A DNA stretch of 64,000 nt from an uncultured Desulfuromonadaceae bacterium (GTDB lineage: Bacteria; SDB-A). This document shows positions 60,657 to 64,000 of this stretch, piece by piece. The stretch covers positions 5,478 to 69,477 of the forward strand of contig CAYNIW010000008.1 in the NCBI GenBank assembly GCA_964397545.1, in the 5' to 3' direction. The notes under the pieces were generated by a model that was not told the DNA's origin, did no database searches, and saw only the letters and a list, made by a program, of their open reading frames with translations. The stretch's first letter is position 1; each line of letters starts with the position of its first letter. A program made the position numbers and the translations under genes.

Positions 60657-61478
60657 TTACACAATTTCACCGTTTAATGAAATCACATACTCTTTAATAA
60701 CAATAGTTTTACCGGATTTTCTCACAGCCTCTTCCACAGCCCTCGTCGTCCCTCCACAGCATGGCACTTCCATTCTGAGAATCGTGAGCGACTTTAGGTC
60801 GTTTATTTGGATTATTTTCGCGAGTTTTTCTATATAATCACCCACTCGGTCATCGAGTTTAGGGCAGAATACTACAAGGATTTTATTCTTGAGAAACCTT
60901 TTATGAAAATTTCCGAACGCGAAAGGAACACAATCTGCCGTCACAAGAAGATCAGCGCCTCTGAAAAAAGAAGATTCCGGGTTGACAAGAGCAAGCTGAA
61001 CCGGCCATTGGCCGAGTTCCGAAAAATTCAGACGCCCCTCATCTTCGTTTCCAGAAGTGTTTTTTTCTTTTTTATTCAATAAGATTTCTTTTGAACCTGG
61101 GCATGCGCAGGGGATTTGATTTTGGACTTCGGGGATTTCCAGTCCTCTTTTTTCTAAGAAATTAACCGCTGTTTTGTAGTATTCCATCTCTTTATGGTCT
61201 TTAAGGTGTTTTAAGTGGGCTTGAATTGTCTCTTTTCCCGCTTTGACGATGATTTCCATGACTTTCTCTTCGTCGTAGGGCTGGGCTTCCCTCTCTTGAG
61301 TCGTCAAGGCGCCTTTAGGGCAATGTCCAATGCAAGCTCCGAGGCCGTCGCAGAAAAGATCGCTTACCATTCTCGCTTTTCCGTCTATTATCTGAAGAGC
61401 TCCTTCGGGGCAGTTTGGAATGCATGCTCCGCATCCGTCGCATTTTTCTTCATCAATTTCAATCACTGTTCTTTTCAA
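60657..61478 (-). CDS. 4Fe-4S dicluster ferredoxin-domain protein, candidate Hcp electron donor
   Basis: [12 protein letters not shown]...[12 protein letters not shown] gives two Cx2Cx2Cx3CP motifs. C-terminal domain unassigned. It lies between the Rrf2 gene and hcp. Confidence 0.6.
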   Translation of the reverse strand: MKRTVIEIDEEKCDGCGACIPNCPEGALQIIDGKARMVSDLFCDGLGACIGHCPKGALTTQEREAQPYDEEKVMEIIVKAGKETIQAHLKHLKDHKEMEYYKTAVNFLEKRGLEIPEVQNQIPCACPGSKEILLNKKEKNTSGNEDEGRLNFSELGQWPVQLALVNPESSFFRGADLLVTADCVPFAFGNFHKRFLKNKILVVFCPKLDDRVGDYIEKLAKIIQINDLKSLTILRMEVPCCGGTTRAVEEAVRKSGKTIVIKEYVISLNGEIV

Positions 61479-61891
61479 ATTTCCGCCTCTTTGGATTTAT
61501 AGATTAAATCAGATAAAGTTAGCCTCTCAAATTCGCTTATTACCATTTTTTCAATTTTCTTCAATTCTTTTCTAAGGGCGCAGTTCTTTCTGTTGAAACA
61601 TATTTTTTTTCTGAAAAGACAGTCGGAAAGTTCTATATCACCCTGAAACATATTTATAACTTTTGAAATTCTTATCTGAGAGGGTTCCGTTTTCAACTTG
61701 AACCCGCCGTGAATTCCTTCTTTCGCATCTGCCCAACCACTTTTGGCGAGAGTCTGAAGAATTTTTCTCAGATACTGATATGGTATTTTCTGATTTTTAG
61801 AAACAGTCTTTGCAGACACGTAATCTTCGGATTTTGAAAGTTCAAGAAGAGCCCTTACGGCATAGTCAGTATTTTTTGTCAGTAATTTCAT
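61475..61891 (-). CDS. Rrf2-family transcriptional regulator (NsrR/IscR-like, three Cys cluster ligands)
   Basis: N-terminal wHTH TDYAVRALLELS. C-terminal C-x6-C-x5-C (SDCLFRKKICFNRKNC). Confidence 0.8.
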   Translation of the reverse strand: MKLLTKNTDYAVRALLELSKSEDYVSAKTVSKNQKIPYQYLRKILQTLAKSGWADAKEGIHGGFKLKTEPSQIRISKVINMFQGDIELSDCLFRKKICFNRKNCALRKELKKIEKMVISEFERLTLSDLIYKSKEAEI

Positions 61892-61900
61892 TTGATCCTC

Positions 61901-61927
61901 ATACTGATACTAATTTAGTATCAGTAT
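61901..61927. promoter_or_regulatory. Perfect 27-bp palindrome, candidate Rrf2/NsrR operator
   Basis: ATACTGATACTAA-T-TTAGTATCAGTAT begins 10 nt upstream of the Rrf2 start codon. Confidence 0.5.
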
Positions 61928-61939
61928 TGGGTTTTGTCA

Positions 61940-62457
61940 AGCGAAATTTTTATAAAGAGTCTCTTAAAATCACTCCGTCAATACTGAAACATTCATACTC
62001 GTAGGGGCCGACCCTGTCATAACCGGCGTAATCAGTGAAATTAAAAACAGCACCGGTTGAAAATTCCGCGTCCAATAAATAATTATTTTCGAGTAACAGG
62101 ATATTTCCGAAATCGTAAGACACGAAAACTTTGCTGAAGTACTTTTGGGATATTTTCCCTGAAAGCGTGCTCTGGAAAAACCGGTCATTTCCGGAAAAAT
62201 AAATCTCCTTAAAATCGATGAATGATATTATTTCCCCTAAATAGTAATTTTCAGCATTGTTTTCGTTAAAACCGTAAATAGTTGTCTATATATTTAGTCC
62301 TGCACAGAACACAGCCTGATACGCCAAGGGACAGAGGCTTGATGTCAATATAAATCGAAGACGGTCCAGTCGAAAACAGATGAAAAGGAAAAAGAATTGC
62401 GAGAGAAAACACGGAACTCAGCATATATCTTTTCATAGATGGTTTCCTTCTTGTCAA
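61940..62457 (-). pseudogene. Small outer-membrane beta-barrel-like protein gene apparently interrupted by a frameshift
   Basis: Signal-peptide ORF (62266-62457) ends where a ~110-codon Met-less open frame begins in another phase (TTIYGFNENNAENYYLG...FSTGAVFNFTDYAGYDRVGPYEYECFSIDGVIL). It has the alternating aromatic pattern of a beta-barrel. Confidence 0.3.
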
Positions 62458-63968
62458 ATATTTTTCCTATCGTCTTCTTCGGATTTTTCGCTTGTGAAAT
62501 AAAGCTTTCCGTCTTTTCCTAATGCCCTGATTTTTCCGCCGTAGCCGACAAAAATAAAATCTCCTTTCTCCGACATAACCATCACTTCTACCTGCCCAAG
62601 AGCGCTTTTATTTTGGTTAGAAGGCAAATAGCGCTGAACACTAGATCCGTCCGGAGAAATTTTCATTACCGAGTATTCTTCGTCTATACTCGACCCCAGG
62701 ATGTAAGCATTGCCTTCCTTATCCGCGTATGGCCTTGCGTAAGTGAATCTGAAATCAAGAGTTGTTAAATATATCTTTTTTCCCTCCCTGGAGTATTTCA
62801 TGAGTTTTTCGTAATTGAGAAAATAGTAGTTGCCGTCATAACCCACAGACATCACAATTTCCCTATCCTTGAAATAGACTGGTTTTTCTTTCATTTCTTC
62901 CAGATATTCGGCGACAACAGGCTCTCTTTTACTTGTAGTTAATCGTAAGCCCTCTTTCCATACCTCTAATTCGTTTCCTTCAAAATCAAACCTCTTGAGC
63001 TCGTAGCAATCAAAATTATTTTCGTCTTGTTTTTCTCTGTTGTTTAATATCAAAAATGTCCCGTTTACGTCCGCGCAGAGGGTCCATGAATTTTTCATAG
63101 AGAAGTATTCTTTCGCGTCCTGAGGCTGTTTTCCTTTATTCCCTCCGAGCTTGTATTCTATTTGCCCGGTATCGGCGGATACGAAATATAAGGAATGCTT
63201 TTCTCTGCTCCAGAGTAATAATTTTTTATCAAGGCTTAAAGAAAGCCTGTAATTGCCTTCTGAAGAATCCGGTTCGGGGAGTATTTTATGAGCTGTCCAT
63301 TTAGTAATAAAATTCTTATCCAGACATGCAAGGGTGAGGTTTGAATTATCATCCTCAGACGCCAGAAAAATATCCCCTTTCTTGTCTATTACAGCGTCCC
63401 ATATTTCATTTTCCCACACGAAAGGCTTCGCCTTTTTGTCAATTATTATATACCACCTTTTTATTGTATCCACGGGGTGAATTCTTTTCCAAAGATCGTC
63501 TGGAAGATACACGGAAGCCTTGCAGAATGAACATTTTATCATCCTTTCTTTTCCGTCGACGTCGAGATAGCCTCCGCACTTGGGACAGGCAAAAGCGATC
63601 GGTTCAGGAGCGTTGACTGTCGCATCATTTGAAATATCGTTGCCTCCTGGAATTAAGCTCCAGTCTTCCATTGCCAAAAATAACATTCCTGGAAATGCTT
63701 TCCTGAATTTTTCGGGGGCATTCCTGAACGAGTGCCTTTTTCCGGTTACGGCATCAAGCGCATATCCCTTTTCTGAAAATTCACTGTATTTTTCAACATC
63801 CAGCTTTTTCTTGCTCTCCGGGAATCTGGGCCATTGCTTCCCGTAGGTAATTTGGTAGTTATTGCCTGCAAAAATAGATGCGTTCGCGCCTTCTCCTTCA
63901 CCGAAGCCGGGGATATCTTTCATGGCATCCTCAATTAAGCTTTTCCAGTCTGAAATGCCCAAAATCAT
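62454..63968 (-). CDS. Hypothetical protein with an internal zinc ribbon and beta-propeller-like repeats
   Basis: CPKCGG...CSFCK. Repeated ...GN.Y.L beta-strand blocks. No signal peptide. Confidence 0.4.
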   Translation of the reverse strand: MILGISDWKSLIEDAMKDIPGFGEGEGANASIFAGNNYQITYGKQWPRFPESKKKLDVEKYSEFSEKGYALDAVTGKRHSFRNAPEKFRKAFPGMLFLAMEDWSLIPGGNDISNDATVNAPEPIAFACPKCGGYLDVDGKERMIKCSFCKASVYLPDDLWKRIHPVDTIKRWYIIIDKKAKPFVWENEIWDAVIDKKGDIFLASEDDNSNLTLACLDKNFITKWTAHKILPEPDSSEGNYRLSLSLDKKLLLWSREKHSLYFVSADTGQIEYKLGGNKGKQPQDAKEYFSMKNSWTLCADVNGTFLILNNREKQDENNFDCYELKRFDFEGNELEVWKEGLRLTTSKREPVVAEYLEEMKEKPVYFKDREIVMSVGYDGNYYFLNYEKLMKYSREGKKIYLTTLDFRFTYARPYADKEGNAYILGSSIDEEYSVMKISPDGSSVQRYLPSNQNKSALGQVEVMVMSEKGDFIFVGYGGKIRALGKDGKLYFTSEKSEEDDRKNI

Positions 63969-64000
63969 CTCCTGTGCGCAGGATCCGCAAATTATACTGT

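Noticed and set aside
1-64000. CRISPR arrays, tRNA/rRNA genes, IS elements, integrases
   Set aside because: No repeat-spacer periodicity, no tRNA T-loop/acceptor candidates in intergenic regions, no transposase or integrase motifs. Intergenic regions are short (<220 nt) apart from 61892-62453, which is explained by the frameshifted OMP gene.

Overview
This is a 64 kb single-contig window of bacterial chromosome with dense, mostly operonic coding on both strands. I found no rRNA, tRNA, CRISPR array, transposase or integrase. Gene content suggests an anaerobic bacterium of the FCB/Bacteroidota-like or candidate-division type; this is inference from a T9SS-type C-terminal sorting domain, a SusC-like TonB-dependent receptor with a CarboxypepD_reg N-terminus, a BtuG-like beta-propeller lipoprotein, hybrid-cluster protein Hcp, ThyX, and a NuoE/NuoF/GltD-type flavoprotein cluster. 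Recognisable housekeeping blocks are parA-parB, three tandem M42 (TET-type) aminopeptidases followed by rph and rluD, rsmI, tmk, a Ctp S41 protease, rpe, a complete riboflavin operon ribD-ribE-ribBA-ribH-nusB, clpB, rlmI and dapF. The most informative non-coding signal is a clear cobalamin (B12) riboswitch with an intrinsic-terminator expression platform on the minus strand. It sits upstream of a btuB-like TonB receptor, a BtuG-like beta-propeller lipoprotein and two further small genes. A second regulatory signal is a perfect 27-bp palindrome in the promoter of an Rrf2(NsrR-like)-ferredoxin-hcp operon. Less ordinary content includes a myo-inositol-1-phosphate synthase and CDP-alcohol phosphatidyltransferase pair, a REC-PglZ response regulator, and a clan-CD (caspase/legumain-type) peptidase-like protein. 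There are also two large STAND/AAA_16-TPR proteins, one with C-terminal SARP and one with N-terminal tandem cyclase domains. A Chlamydia-Pmp-like beta-helix protein carries a T9SS sorting domain. Other oddities are a double-length ThyX, a DUF559 nuclease-domain protein, a probable frameshifted small outer-membrane-protein gene, and a metallophosphoesterase that appears to start on a non-canonical ATC codon. All calls rest on motif recognition by eye; no database searches were run.
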